A stretch of 64,000 nt of DNA from positions 245,209 through 309,208 of the forward strand of contig CAVSDE010000006.1 in assembly GCA_963726695.1 (NCBI GenBank), given 5' to 3'. The position numbers and the translations under genes were made by a program. The DNA is from an uncultured Acidimicrobiales bacterium. GTDB lineage: Bacteria > Actinomycetota > Acidimicrobiia > Acidimicrobiales > DATKAS01. Numbering within the stretch: the stretch's first letter is position 1; every line of letters starts with the position of its first letter. Positions 39,665 to 49,956 of this stretch are shown here, one piece after another. Below the pieces are notes generated by a model, which was not told the origin of the DNA, ran no database searches, and worked only from the letters and a program-made list of their open reading frames with translations.

Positions 39665-41121
39665 ATGGCGACCGATGGTGCAACCCCGATCCCCCTGCCC
39701 GACGATCCGAGCCTCGAGCAGCTCCGCAAGCAGGCGCGCGAGCTGCAAGTCGAGATGCGGCGAGACGACCCGTCGACGAAGCTGAGCGTTGCGCAACGCG
39801 CGCGTCGCGAGACGTCATGGCTTTGCGAGCTGGCCGAAGCTCGTGCATCACCTCGACGTCGTGGCGCGATACACCTGGCGGCCGGATGATGTCCCGACCG
39901 ACGCGACATCGGGCGACGACTTCCTGCGGCTCGCCTGCCTGACCTACACCGACGACGACGGTCCGGATCGGTGGCCGAGCGCGGCCGCACTTCTCGACGC
40001 AGAGCCGAACCTCCCTCGCGTCGACGTGCATGCCGCGGCGGCGTGTGCCGACGCGGGCGCGCTCACGAGGCTGTTGACCGCCGATGCGACCGAGGCGCTG
40101 TTCGCGAAGGCGGGCCGTTCCGGTGGCAGCCCCTGATGTACCTCGCCTACGCCCGGCACGACCCTGAGATCAGCGAGGCACGTGTCGTCGAGTCCACCCG
40201 GTTGCTCCTCGGCCATGGCGGCGATGCGAACATCGGCTACCTGTGGCACGGCATGCCGTCGCCGTTCACGGCATTGACCGGCGCCTTCGGCGAAGGCGAG
40301 CTCGGGCCCGTTCGCCAGCCTCGCCACCCGCACTCGCTCGCCCTCGCCCGCGTGCTGCTCGAAGCGGGCGCCGATCCGAACGACAGCCAGACCCTCTACA
40401 ACCGCATGTTCGGGGATGACGACGACCATCTCGTGTTGCTGTTCGAGTTCGGGCTGGGCGAAGGCGACGGCGGTCCGTGGCGCGCTCGGCTCGGCGATGC
40501 GATCGCGACCCCGACGGAGCTCCTCCGCGGGCAGCTGCGCTGGGCGGTGATGCACGACCAAGCGGCGCGTGTGCGACTCCTCATCGAACACGGGGTCGAC
40601 CTCGAGACGCCCTTTGCTGACGGCAGGACTCCGCTCGACCTCGCCCTGTTGAGTGGCAACGGCGGCGTCGTTCCGATCCTCGAACAGCACGGTGCCGCGG
40701 AGCCGACCCTCGACGGCGTCGACTTGTTCGTTGCTGCCGTGCTGGCCGGTGACCAGGCAGCCGTCGACGGGACCGATCGCGAGGTCGTCGAGCGAGCGAA
40801 GACGGAGCGGCCGGGGCTCATCGTGTGGGCGACCGCGAGGCGACGACGCGGCGGCGGTCGCGCTGCTCGTGGACCTGGGCTTCGACGTCAACGCGCGGGG
40901 ACGCTCCGACGTGCCCGTTGAGCAGGAGTGGGAGACGGCCTTGCATGCCGCGGTCGCGAACGACGACGCCGTCCTCGTCCGCATGCTGTTGGAGCTGGGG
41001 GCAGATCCGTCGATCAAGGACCGCGCGCTTCGACGCGACGCCGCTGAATTGGGCGAGATATGGCGATCACTCGGAGCTGGTCGCGTTGCTCGAACCCCTG
41101 GTCCCGGACCAGCGCGAGTGA
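39665..41121 (+). pseudogene. Ankyrin-repeat protein with ~4 frame breaks (~39800, ~40109, ~40832, ~41016)
   Basis: Good RBS (GAGAGGAGG) before the ATG at 39665. Ankyrin-type units TPLDLALLSGNGGVVPILEQHGA, TALHAAVANDDAVLVRMLLELGADPSIKD, ATPLNWARYGDHSELVALLEP lie in different frames. Confidence 0.7.
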
Positions 41122-41165
41122 CTTCACCTCCCGTTCATCCTTGGTTCCACCGGTGTTCAGGATCT
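41122..41165 (+). promoter_or_regulatory. PHO boxes: four 11-nt direct repeat units (cTTCAC / GTTCAT / GTTCCA / GTTCAG) upstream of pstS
   Basis: Hexamer starts at 41122, 41133, 41144 and 41155, which is an exact 11-nt phasing. Cores match the actinobacterial PhoP site GTTCAC. About 65 nt upstream of the pstS GTG. Confidence 0.7.
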
Positions 41166-41228
41166 GCCCACGTCGCCGCCACATCCCATTCGTAGGGTCG
41201 AAGCGACTCGACCAAGGAGAGAGCAGAC

Positions 41229-42344
41229 GTGAACAAGAGGGTTCGGCGTTGGGGAGTGTTGACGGTCATTGTCGCGGTCGCGCTCTTCGCGGCGGCATGC
41301 GGAGATGACAGCGGCGGCAGCTCGGCGAGCACGGCCGCGGGGGGTGCGGGCACGACCGGTGCAGCCACGAGCGGGGCGAGCACGACAGGCGCGCTGGAGG
41401 TCTCGGGAACGTTGCAAGGCAGCGGTTCGAGCTTCTCGCTCGCGTTCCTTCAGGAGGCGGCATCCGAGTTCAACAAGGCGAATCCCGGGGCCAACGTCAC
41501 CTATGCGGGCGGCGGCTCCGGCAAGGGCCGCACCGACCTGGCGAACAAGACGGTTGACTACGCGGGTTCAGACTCGCCGTTCAAGGACACTGAGAAGCCG
41601 GCCGACCCGATCTTGTACTTCCCGATCCTGCTCGGGCCGATCACGATCTCGTACAACCTCTCGGGCGTCGACACCCTGAACCTCAGCCCGGACACGATCG
41701 CTGGGATCTTCGAGACCAAGATCACGAAGTGGAACGACCCCACGATCGCGGCGGACAATCCCGGCGTCCAGCTGCCCAACACGCAGATCACCGTTGCTCA
41801 CCGCTCGGACGGTTCGGGCACCACGCAGAACTTCACGGAGTGGCTCGCGCTCGTCGCCCCGAACACGTGGACGCTGAAGTCCGGCTCCACCGTGGAGTGG
41901 CCGGCGGGAACGCAGGCTGGCAACGGCAATCAGGGCGTCGCCCAGATCGTGCAGTCCACGGACGGAGCGATCGGGTACATCGACCTGTCCGACGCCGTGG
42001 CCGCGAATCTGGCCTTCGCCTCGGTGAAGAACCAAGCCGGCAAGTTCGTGCAGCCGACGTCAGAGGCCGCGTCGGCGGCCGGCAACGGCGTCGACGTCAA
42101 CCCCGACCTGACGTTCCACGCCTACAACTCGTCCGATCCGGCGGCGTACCCCATCACGGCGCAGACGTTCGTGATCGTCTACACCACCCAGACCGACGCC
42201 GCGAAGGGGGAGCTGCTGAAGGCATTCGTCAGCTACCTGCTGACCGACGGCCAGTCGCTGCTCACGGACCTCGACTATGCGCCCCTGCCGAAGACCCTTC
42301 AGGACAAGGCCGTGGCGCAACTCGATCAGCTGGTCATCGGCTAG
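41229..42344 (+). CDS. pstS: Phosphate ABC transporter substrate-binding lipoprotein
   Basis: Lipobox LFAAAC after the signal peptide. GSGSSFSLAFLQEAASEFNKANPGANVTYAGGGSGKG, HRSDGSGTT. Confidence 0.93.
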   Translation: MNKRVRRWGVLTVIVAVALFAAACGDDSGGSSASTAAGGAGTTGAATSGASTTGALEVSGTLQGSGSSFSLAFLQEAASEFNKANPGANVTYAGGGSGKGRTDLANKTVDYAGSDSPFKDTEKPADPILYFPILLGPITISYNLSGVDTLNLSPDTIAGIFETKITKWNDPTIAADNPGVQLPNTQITVAHRSDGSGTTQNFTEWLALVAPNTWTLKSGSTVEWPAGTQAGNGNQGVAQIVQSTDGAIGYIDLSDAVAANLAFASVKNQAGKFVQPTSEAASAAGNGVDVNPDLTFHAYNSSDPAAYPITAQTFVIVYTTQTDAAKGELLKAFVSYLLTDGQSLLTDLDYAPLPKTLQDKAVAQLDQLVIG

Positions 42345-42381
42345 GGGCGACCCCTCTCAAGGGTGAGAACATGAGAGGCAC

Positions 42382-43353
42382 ATGACCAGCGTTGCCACGC
42401 CGCCCTCGGTGTCGGCTCCTCAGCTCACGGGCAAGCGGCCAGTCGGCGATCGCGTCTTCGCGGTCGTCGCGCTGGCCGCCGGCCTGTCGGTGCTCGTCAT
42501 CCTCGTGCTCATCGCGTGGTCGACAGGCAAAGAGGCGTGGCCCATCTTCCGCGACGACGCGGCGGGCTTTTTCTTCAACACGAGGTGGGCGCCAAGCGAG
42601 GGCGAGTTCGGGATGCTCGCGTTCCTCTTCGGGACGTTCGTCACCTCGATCTTGGCGCTGGTCTTCGCCGTGCCGCTCAGCATCGGCATCGCGCTGTTCA
42701 TGACCGAGGTGGCCCCGGGGTGGCTGAAGAAGCCAGTCGTGTACGTGATGGACCTGTTGTCGGTGGTCCCGTCTGTGGTGTTCGGCCTGTGGGGCGTGCT
42801 CGTGCTCGCCACGCCGATCTCGCACTTCTACACGAACGTGAGCAACGTGCTGTCACCGATACCGATCGTCGGCGGGCTGTTCGCCGAGCCCGTGAATGGT
42901 CGCTCCTTCTTCACGGCGGGTCTCATCCTCGCCATCATGATCGTGCCGATCATCACGTCCCTCACCAGGGAAGTCTTTGACACCACGCCGCGAAGTGAGA
43001 AAGAAGCCGCGCTGGCGCTCGGCGCCACCCGGTGGGAGATGATCCGGGGATCGGTGTTCGCCCACAGCAAGGGCGGCATGGTGGGCGCGGTCACTCTCGG
43101 TCTCGGGCGGGCGATGGGCGAGACGATCGCCGTCGCGTTGGTGATCGGCTCGAGCCCCCAGATCACCGAGAAGCTCTTCTCGCCGGGCTACTCGATGCCC
43201 TCGGTGATCGCGAACGAGTTCGGTGAGAGCTCGGGCAACTACCGCGCGGCATTGATCGCGCTCGGCGTCGTTCTGTTCATCATCTCGGTCTTGGTGAACT
43301 TCACGGCCCGCGCCGTCGTGAATCGCTCGCTCGGGAAGTCGAGAGGCGAATGA
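42382..43353 (+). CDS. pstC: Phosphate ABC transporter permease
   Basis: Intact 323 aa. EAALALGATRWEMI (EAA loop). Confidence 0.93.
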   Translation: MTSVATPPSVSAPQLTGKRPVGDRVFAVVALAAGLSVLVILVLIAWSTGKEAWPIFRDDAAGFFFNTRWAPSEGEFGMLAFLFGTFVTSILALVFAVPLSIGIALFMTEVAPGWLKKPVVYVMDLLSVVPSVVFGLWGVLVLATPISHFYTNVSNVLSPIPIVGGLFAEPVNGRSFFTAGLILAIMIVPIITSLTREVFDTTPRSEKEAALALGATRWEMIRGSVFAHSKGGMVGAVTLGLGRAMGETIAVALVIGSSPQITEKLFSPGYSMPSVIANEFGESSGNYRAALIALGVVLFIISVLVNFTARAVVNRSLGKSRGE

Positions 43354-44258
43354 CCGCCACCCTCACTCCCGACGATCACCTCGACGAGATCGACCTCCGG
43401 CCGAAGCGGGGCGCTCGGCAGATCCGCAATGGCATCGCAACCGCGCTCATCGGCATCTCGGTTGTCGCTGTCCTCGTGCCGTTGCTCTTCATCCTCGGGA
43501 GCGTGATTCAGAAGGGCGCTTCGGTCATCTCTTGGAGCTTCCTCACCGAAGACATCCCGCCAGTGCGACGGCAGGGCCCGGGCATGGGGCCAGCGGTCGT
43601 CGGCACCATCGTCATCACCGCGACAGCGGCGGCAATGGCGATCCCCCTAGGGATCCTTGGTGCGGTCTACCTGCACGAGTACGGCAAGACGGGTCGGCTC
43701 GCTCAGGTGCTTCGCTTCTTCGCGGACGTGATGACGGGCGTGCCGTCGATCATCATGGGTCTGTTCATCTACACGTTCTGGGTCGTGCGCTTCGGTGTGA
43801 ACGGGGTGACGGGCTTCGCAGGGTCATTGGCGCTCGCGTGCCTGATGCTGCCGATCATCATCCGGTCGACAGAGGAGATGCTCAAGCTCGTGCCCGACGA
43901 CCTGCGGGAAGCGAGCTTCGCGCTCGGGTCGAGCAAGGCTCGCACCGTCTGGAAGATCGTGCTGCCGGCCGCGTTGCCCGGCATCCTGAGTGGCGTGCTC
44001 CTGGCGGTCGCCAGGGCGGCCGGTGAGACCGCACCGCTGCTGTTCACGATCGGCGCCGCGACACAGATCAACTGGAACGTGTTCTCCGGTCCCAACACTG
44101 CGCTGTCCGCGCAGATCTTCACCAACGCCCAGCAGCCGTTCATCGGCGCCCAGGACCGCGCGTGGGGCGCGGCTCTCACCTTGATCGTCATGACGTTCGT
44201 GCTGCTGGTCCTGGCCCGAATCATCGCCGCCCGCTTCGGCACGACAAGGGTCCGGTGA
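43350..44258 (+). CDS. pstA: Phosphate ABC transporter permease
   Basis: Intact 302 aa. [21 protein letters not shown]. 4-nt overlap with pstC. Confidence 0.93.
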   Translation: MTATLTPDDHLDEIDLRPKRGARQIRNGIATALIGISVVAVLVPLLFILGSVIQKGASVISWSFLTEDIPPVRRQGPGMGPAVVGTIVITATAAAMAIPLGILGAVYLHEYGKTGRLAQVLRFFADVMTGVPSIIMGLFIYTFWVVRFGVNGVTGFAGSLALACLMLPIIIRSTEEMLKLVPDDLREASFALGSSKARTVWKIVLPAALPGILSGVLLAVARAAGETAPLLFTIGAATQINWNVFSGPNTALSAQIFTNAQQPFIGAQDRAWGAALTLIVMTFVLLVLARIIAARFGTTRVR

Positions 44259-44287
44259 GCTCATTGTCCAATCAAGAGGAGTCTTCG

Positions 44288-45169
44288 ATGGTCACGCAGT
44301 CCACGCCCGACGGTTCGGTGCTCGAGCCGGCCACTGCCCAAAGACCGCTGACCGTCACCACGCTCGCGCCCGAGGAGGACCTGGCGCCGAAGGTGTTCGA
44401 GATCGACGACCTGTCGGTGTACTACGGGCCGTTCCGCGCGGTGCGCGGTGTGACGCTCGATGTGAGGAGGGGCGAGATCACCGCGTTCATCGGCCCCTCC
44501 GGATGCGGGAAGACGACGGTGCTTCGATGCCTGAACCGGATGAACGACCTCATTCCCGGAGCGCGCGTCGAAGGCTCGGTGCGCTACCGCGGTCAAGACC
44601 TCTACGCGTCGTCGGTCTCGCCGAGTGAGGTGCGTCGGCACATCGGGATGGTGTTCCAGAAGCCCAACCCGTTCCCGAAGAGCATCTACGACAACGTCGC
44701 CTTCGGGCCCCGGGTCAACGGCGTCAAGAAGAAGAGCCACCTCGACGACGTGGTCGAGAAGAGCCTGCGTGGCGCGGCCCTGTGGGACGAGGTGAAGGAC
44801 CGGCTGCGACACTCGGCCCTCGGCATGTCGGGCGGACAGCAGCAACGGCTGTGCATCGCCCGGGCGATCGCGGTGGAGCCAGAGGCGATCCTGATGGACG
44901 AGCCCTGTTCGGCCCTCGACCCGATCGCGACCGCGCGGATCGAAGAGCTGATGCAAGAGATCAAGTCCCGCTACACGATCGTCATCGTCACGCACAACAT
45001 GCAACAGGCCGCGCGGGTCAGCGATCGCACGGCGTTCTACACCGCCGAGGTCAACCCTGAGGGCGATCGCCGCACGGGAGTGCTCGTCGAGTACGACCAG
45101 ACGCAGCGGATCTTCTCGAACCCCACGGACGTCCGGACGGAGAACTACGTCACCGGGCGCTTCGGCTGA
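44288..45169 (+). CDS. pstB: Phosphate ABC transporter ATP-binding protein
   Basis: Start MVTQSTPDG after AAGAGGAG. Walker [10 protein letters not shown], signature [13 protein letters not shown], Walker B ILMDEP. Confidence 0.93.
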   Translation: MVTQSTPDGSVLEPATAQRPLTVTTLAPEEDLAPKVFEIDDLSVYYGPFRAVRGVTLDVRRGEITAFIGPSGCGKTTVLRCLNRMNDLIPGARVEGSVRYRGQDLYASSVSPSEVRRHIGMVFQKPNPFPKSIYDNVAFGPRVNGVKKKSHLDDVVEKSLRGAALWDEVKDRLRHSALGMSGGQQQRLCIARAIAVEPEAILMDEPCSALDPIATARIEELMQEIKSRYTIVIVTHNMQQAARVSDRTAFYTAEVNPEGDRRTGVLVEYDQTQRIFSNPTDVRTENYVTGRFG

Positions 45170-45180
45170 AGGCGGCTGCA

Positions 45181-45861
45181 ATGGCAGACGATCTGCGCAG
45201 AGAATTCCACCAACAGCTCGACGACATCCGGGCTGGCATCACCAGCTTGGCGGCGAGCGTCACCGAGACCATCCCCCGCGCGACGCAGGTCCTCCTCGAC
45301 GGAGACCTCGAGGGCGCCGAGTACCTCATCGGCGCCGACGACGAGGTCGACCGGCGCTCGCATGAGCTCGAAGAGCGCTGCTTCGAGCTGCTCGCCCTGC
45401 AGGCGCCGGTGGCGAGCGATCTTCGCCAGCTCGTCACCGCGCTCAAGATGGTGGGCGAGATCGAGCGGTCCGGTGACCTCGCGGTGAACATCTGCAAGGC
45501 GGCTCGGCGCATCTACGGCACCGAGCTCGACGCGAAGCTCCGCGGGATGATCGCCCAGATGGGCGAGCAGGCGGCGCTGCTCTTCCGGCTGTCGATCGAT
45601 GCCTACAACGACGCCGATGTGCCCTTGGCCTCGGCATTGGACGACATCGACGACTTCCTCGATCGCCTGCAGGTCGACTTCATCGCTCAGATCTTCGAGA
45701 GCCACGCGTCAGAGCGCATCGAGCTGTTGGTGGCGGTGCAGCTCGCGCTGATCGCCCGGTTCTACGAGCGGATCGGCGATCACGGCGTGAACATCGGCGA
45801 GCGGGTGCGCTACATGGTCACGGGCTGGCTGCCCAACCACGACCAAGATCCCGTCGCCTGA
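45181..45861 (+). CDS. phoU: Phosphate signalling complex protein PhoU
   Basis: Intact 226 aa. Duplicated helical PhoU repeat with ERSGDLAVNI and ERIGDHGVNI. Confidence 0.93.
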   Translation: MADDLRREFHQQLDDIRAGITSLAASVTETIPRATQVLLDGDLEGAEYLIGADDEVDRRSHELEERCFELLALQAPVASDLRQLVTALKMVGEIERSGDLAVNICKAARRIYGTELDAKLRGMIAQMGEQAALLFRLSIDAYNDADVPLASALDDIDDFLDRLQVDFIAQIFESHASERIELLVAVQLALIARFYERIGDHGVNIGERVRYMVTGWLPNHDQDPVA

Positions 45862-45875
45862 CTGTCGCCCGCGGG

Positions 45876-46820
45876 TCAGCGTCCGATTGCGTCGAGCTCG
45901 GCCCAGTCGGCATCAGTCAGGCGCGCGGCGAGCTCGAGCGCGGTGACGTTGTCCTCGATCTGATCCGCACGGGTCGCGCCGAAGAGCACGGTCGCGACGT
46001 CGGGGTTCGCGAGCGCGAACGCGACAGCCAGTGTGGCGGGCTTCGTCTCGAGCCGGGTCGCCGCATCGCGCAGGCGCCGCGCCGCGATGGTCGCCGCGGC
46101 GAACATGGGCTGGTCCAGTGAGCCCGCGGCCCTGCCGGCGCTCGGATCCGAGTCGTACTTGCCGCTGAGCACCCCGCCGGCCAACACGTAGGACGCGACG
46201 ACGGGCGCGCCGCACGCCGCGAGGGCCAAGCGCATGTCGTCGTCCTCGACCGGTGATCGGTGGACGAGGCTGTACGCGAGCTGCGCCGCGCACGGCTGCG
46301 GTAGGCCCTCCCCGGCGGCGATCTGGGACAGCCTGAGCAGCTGATCGGCGGGCCAGTTGACGATCGCCCACGCGCGGGCCTGGCCCCGAATGATGAGGTC
46401 GCAGACATCGTTGACCATCTGCTCGAGTGGCATCTCGGGCGGCGGGACGTTCGCGTAGATGACGTCGATGTAGTCGAGGCCCATCCGTGCGAGCGACTCC
46501 TCGAGCTCTGCGGCCGCGCTCTGATCAGGCCAGAACTCCCACCACAGCTTGTTGCACACGATCGTCTCTGCGCGCGGCCACCCTGCGGCACGGAACAGCT
46601 CGCCGAAGAGCACCTCCGAATAGCCGGTCGGGATCGGAGCCTTTCCGGTCTCGTCGTTGTAGCGGGCATCGTCGAGGAACGTGATGCCTGCCGCTCGCGC
46701 CGCGTGCATGACCGCGAGCCCGTCGTCGCGTGTGATGCGTTCGAACGTGCGCCACGAGCCGAGCGACAGGCGACTGACGTCGATTCCCGAGTGGCCGAGG
46801 GGACTGCGGGGCATCTCCAT
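45876..46820 (-). CDS. Aldo/keto reductase
   Basis: Intact 314 aa. LGHSGIDVSRLSLGSW, GITFLDDARYN, YIDVIYAN. Confidence 0.88.
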   Translation of the reverse strand: MEMPRSPLGHSGIDVSRLSLGSWRTFERITRDDGLAVMHAARAAGITFLDDARYNDETGKAPIPTGYSEVLFGELFRAAGWPRAETIVCNKLWWEFWPDQSAAAELEESLARMGLDYIDVIYANVPPPEMPLEQMVNDVCDLIIRGQARAWAIVNWPADQLLRLSQIAAGEGLPQPCAAQLAYSLVHRSPVEDDDMRLALAACGAPVVASYVLAGGVLSGKYDSDPSAGRAAGSLDQPMFAAATIAARRLRDAATRLETKPATLAVAFALANPDVATVLFGATRADQIEDNVTALELAARLTDADWAELDAIGR

Positions 46821-46848
46821 GGCTGCAAGCCTGCCTTAACGTGCGCCG

Positions 46849-47664
46849 ATGCAGTCGACCGAGCGTGTGCGGCGAGAGCCTCCGACGTTTCGCGCCGTCT
46901 CAGTGCGACGAACCGAGCTCCTGACGCCGAGCCTCGCCCGGGTCGTGCTCGGTGGCTCGGAGCTGTCGGGCTTCGCGTTGCCCGAACCGGCCGCGAGCGT
47001 GCGCCTGCTGCTGCCCTCGGCTGCGGGCCACGACCTCGTGATGCCGACCTGGAACGGCAACCAGTTCCTGCTCCCCGATGGTCGAAGACCGGTGATCCGC
47101 ACGCTGACCCCTCGCCGATTCGACGCAACGGGCCTCGAGCTCGACGTGGAGATCGTGGTGCACGAAGGTGGAGCTGCGTCGGCATGGGCGAGCAGTGCGG
47201 AGCCCGGTGACCGCGTGCGGCAGTCTCAGGGCCGGGACGCGGCTACCTCATCGACTCTCGAGGCAGTGGGTTTCGTGATCATGGGGGACGAGACGGCGCT
47301 CCCGGCGATCGCGCAGCTGCTCGAATCGATGCCGCCGGCCATGGTCGCGCAGGTCCACGTGGAACTCGCCCGGCCCGACGCCCGCTTGCCGCTCGCGGCG
47401 AACGAGTCGACCCGGATCGAGTGGCATGTGCGAGTTGAAGGTGCACTCCCTGGCCAGGCGTTGGTCGAGGCGATCAGAGCGTCGACGCTCACCGAGGGCA
47501 CGCGGATCTGGGCCGCAGGCGAGGCAGCCGCGATGCACCAGATCCGCCAGCACCTGTTCGACGAACGCGGGCTTTCGCGCTCGGTTGCGACGGTGCGGGG
47601 CTATTGGAAGCACGGCCGCACCGGCGACCCCGACGCGGGCGGCGAGAGAGACTCCACGACATGA
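46849..47664 (+). CDS. Siderophore-interacting protein (FAD-binding_9 / SIP reductase), with an internal compensated frame-break pair (~47217 and ~47260)
   Basis: VIRTLTPRRFD (RxYT-like FAD site), GDETALPAI, YWKHG. The family-typical AVSGPGRGYLIDS is readable only in another frame between the two breaks. Confidence 0.8.
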   Translation: MQSTERVRREPPTFRAVSVRRTELLTPSLARVVLGGSELSGFALPEPAASVRLLLPSAAGHDLVMPTWNGNQFLLPDGRRPVIRTLTPRRFDATGLELDVEIVVHEGGAASAWASSAEPGDRVRQSQGRDAATSSTLEAVGFVIMGDETALPAIAQLLESMPPAMVAQVHVELARPDARLPLAANESTRIEWHVRVEGALPGQALVEAIRASTLTEGTRIWAAGEAAAMHQIRQHLFDERGLSRSVATVRGYWKHGRTGDPDAGGERDSTT

Positions 47665-48173
47665 CGATCGAACGGATCGAACCGGATGGCACCGCGGGTG
47701 AGCGCGAGACATTGCGCGCCTTCCTCGAGTACCACCGGCAGACGCTGCTCATGAAGTGCGACGGGCTCTCCGACGAGCAGCTGCGTACCCGCGCGGTGCC
47801 GCCGTCGAGCATGTCGCTGCTCGGGCTGGTGCGTCACCTTGCTGATGTGGAGCGCAACTGGTTCAGGCGAGTGCTCGGCGGAGGAGACGATCCGCCGATC
47901 TTCTATAGCCGCCCCGACAACCTCGACGGCGACTTCGACGATGTCGACGCCGCCAGCGTCGAGGAGGCGTTCGCGCGCTGGAACGAAGAGGTCGAGGCAG
48001 CGCGAGGCATCGAAGCCTCGTTCGCGTCCCTCGAGGTGACGGGGCACCACGCCAGGCTCGACGAGGACTTCAGCGTCCGTTGGGTGATGGTGCACATGAT
48101 CGAGGAGTACAGCCGCCACAACGGCCACGCCGACCTGTTGCGCGAGCAGCTCGACGGCGCGACCGGCGAGTGA
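47661..48173 (+). CDS. DinB/DUF664 family protein (mycothiol-transferase-like)
   Basis: ERETLRAFLEYHRQTLLMKCDGLSDEQL...GLVRHLADVERNWF...EEYSRHNGHADLLRE. ATGA overlap with the previous gene. Confidence 0.85.
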   Translation: MTIERIEPDGTAGERETLRAFLEYHRQTLLMKCDGLSDEQLRTRAVPPSSMSLLGLVRHLADVERNWFRRVLGGGDDPPIFYSRPDNLDGDFDDVDAASVEEAFARWNEEVEAARGIEASFASLEVTGHHARLDEDFSVRWVMVHMIEEYSRHNGHADLLREQLDGATGE

Positions 48174-48181
48174 CCTGTGAG

Positions 48182-48252
48182 AGCGGGCGACGAGAATCGA
48201 ACTCGCGTTCTCAGCTTGGGAAGCTGATGTTCTGCCGCTGAACTACGCCCGC
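48182..48252 (-). tRNA. tRNA-Gly (anticodon CCC)
   Basis: Reverse complement GCGGGCGTAGTTCAGCGGCAGAACATCAGCTTCCCAAGCTGAGAACGCGAGTTCGATTCTCGTCGCCCGCT. Acceptor GCGGGCG/CGCCCGC, anticodon loop TTCCCAA, T-loop TTCGATT, discriminator U. Confidence 0.93.
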
Positions 48253-48286
48253 GAAGACCGCAAACTGTAGGGGACGCGAACCGAGG

Positions 48287-49282
48287 TCAGGCCATGACGG
48301 TGCCGACCACCACGAGCACCAGGCTGAGCGGAACGCCCACGGCCAGATAGCGCCGCATCGACACGGGCTCGCCGGCCCGGCGCGCGGCGTCCCTCCACAG
48401 GATCGTCGCGAGCGATCCGATCGGGGTGAGGCCGACACCGAGGTCGACGCCGGTGACGAGCGCGCGGGTCAGCGTGCGACCGACGGCGACGGGCGCGAGC
48501 ACTGCCACGGCGGCGAGGTTCGTTGCTCCCGCGGACCCGAGTGTCGCGACGGCGGCGACACGTGGCGCGCTGTCGAGATGCGCCAGAAGGCGATGCACCG
48601 ACGGCGACGCGCTGAGCACCGCTGCCGCGCCGAACAGGCCTCCCAGGGAGCCCAGGAGTGCGATCGACACCGGGGCGTGGCGCAAGGCCGAGGGCCGAGC
48701 CGCCAACACGATCACCACTCCCACCAGCGACGCGACGACGGGCGGCGCACCGAGGAGGAGCGCCGTCATCAACCCGAGCACCACTGCCCCGCTGACGAGC
48801 GCGAGGCGGGGATCAGCGAGCCCGGTCTCCTCGGGCTCGACGAAGGTGGGCACGAGCAACTTCCGGCTGACCACGACGAGCGCGACCGCAGTCACCACGA
48901 TCGCCATCACGGCGATGGGCGCCATCGTGCGAGCGAACTCGCCGAAGGTCGTACCCGACTCGCGCCAGATGACGAGGTTCGTGAGGTTCGACGACGGCAG
49001 CAGCACCGATCCGAAGTTGGCGGCGAGCACCGCGCTCAACGCGAAGGGCGCGGTGCGCTGTCCGGCCGCTCGACCGACCGCGATCGCCAGCGGCGTGAAG
49101 AGCACCGCGGTCGTGTCGAGGTTCAGGGTCACGGTGACCACCACGCCGGCGGCGAAGGTGGCGAGCAGCAGCGCGGTCGGTCGGTGGGCGAGCTTGGCCG
49201 CGTGCGAAGCAAGCCAGGAGAGCAGACCGCTCACGTCGGCCGCGGCCGCGATGAGCAGCATCGATTGAAGGAAGACGATCAC
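48287..49282 (-). CDS. ArsB/NhaD (SLC13-like) family permease; true start probably upstream of the track start
   Basis: Polytopic. LNLDTTAVLFTPL and SNLTNLVIW are typical of the family. The same frame stays open and TM-like up to ~49441 without ATG/GTG/TTG. Confidence 0.75.
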   Translation of the reverse strand: MIVFLQSMLLIAAAADVSGLLSWLASHAAKLAHRPTALLLATFAAGVVVTVTLNLDTTAVLFTPLAIAVGRAAGQRTAPFALSAVLAANFGSVLLPSSNLTNLVIWRESGTTFGEFARTMAPIAVMAIVVTAVALVVVSRKLLVPTFVEPEETGLADPRLALVSGAVVLGLMTALLLGAPPVVASLVGVVIVLAARPSALRHAPVSIALLGSLGGLFGAAAVLSASPSVHRLLAHLDSAPRVAAVATLGSAGATNLAAVAVLAPVAVGRTLTRALVTGVDLGVGLTPIGSLATILWRDAARRAGEPVSMRRYLAVGVPLSLVLVVVGTVMA

Positions 49283-49437
49283 GACGACGCCGTTGCCGAG
49301 AGCCTGGTGGTCGGCTCCAGTGGCTGAGACGACCCCAGCGAGGACCGCGAGGCCGATTGCGGCCAGCGCAGCAATGCCGCGTTGCGTGACGACGCCGAGG
49401 ATGGCCGCCGCCAGTGCGACGACTGCGAGCGCTTCGC

Positions 49438-49956
49438 TCAGCGGACCACGCCGGGGGCCTTCGTCGGATCGCGCCGGCCGCCGTCGCGGGCGTGATCGCG
49501 TTCGGTCCTACGGTGAAGGCGGCGGTCGTTCTCGGGACGTTCGACGACTTCGCGGATCTGGGCGACGAGGGCATCGATGTGGAACGGATTCGCGAGGAAT
49601 CCGTCGACTCCCGATTCCCATGCGAACAATCGGTTCGTGCCGCCCGGCGAGCAGAGCACGACGCGGGCGCCGGCAACCCGGTCGTCGGGGTTCGTGCGGA
49701 TCGCGTCGAGCACCTTGAGGTTGCCCCCTGAACCGGCGATCGTGAGGTTGAGGACCACGCAGTGCACCGGTCGACGTGTGAGACCGACGAGTGCAGCTTG
49801 CTGTGCCGGCGCCGCACTGACCTCGTGGCCGGCCCGTGCGAGCAGGCGCACCATCACCTCGGCTCCCTCGGGGTCGTCAGCGACGACCAGGACGTGCCAC
49901 GGACGCGGCGGCACCTTCCATTCGTCTGGGTCAGTCTTGGACCGTCTCAAGGGCAC
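49438..49956 (-). CDS. Stand-alone receiver-domain protein with substituted phospho-acceptor (pseudo-receiver)
   Basis: VLVVADD acidic pocket retained. The beta3 position reads VVLNL (Asn instead of Asp) and the beta5 position reads FLANPF (Asn instead of Lys). The start may be the GTG at 49914, just after the upstream stop at 49931. Confidence 0.75.
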   Translation of the reverse strand: MPLRRSKTDPDEWKVPPRPWHVLVVADDPEGAEVMVRLLARAGHEVSAAPAQQAALVGLTRRPVHCVVLNLTIAGSGGNLKVLDAIRTNPDDRVAGARVVLCSPGGTNRLFAWESGVDGFLANPFHIDALVAQIREVVERPENDRRLHRRTERDHARDGGRRDPTKAPGVVR

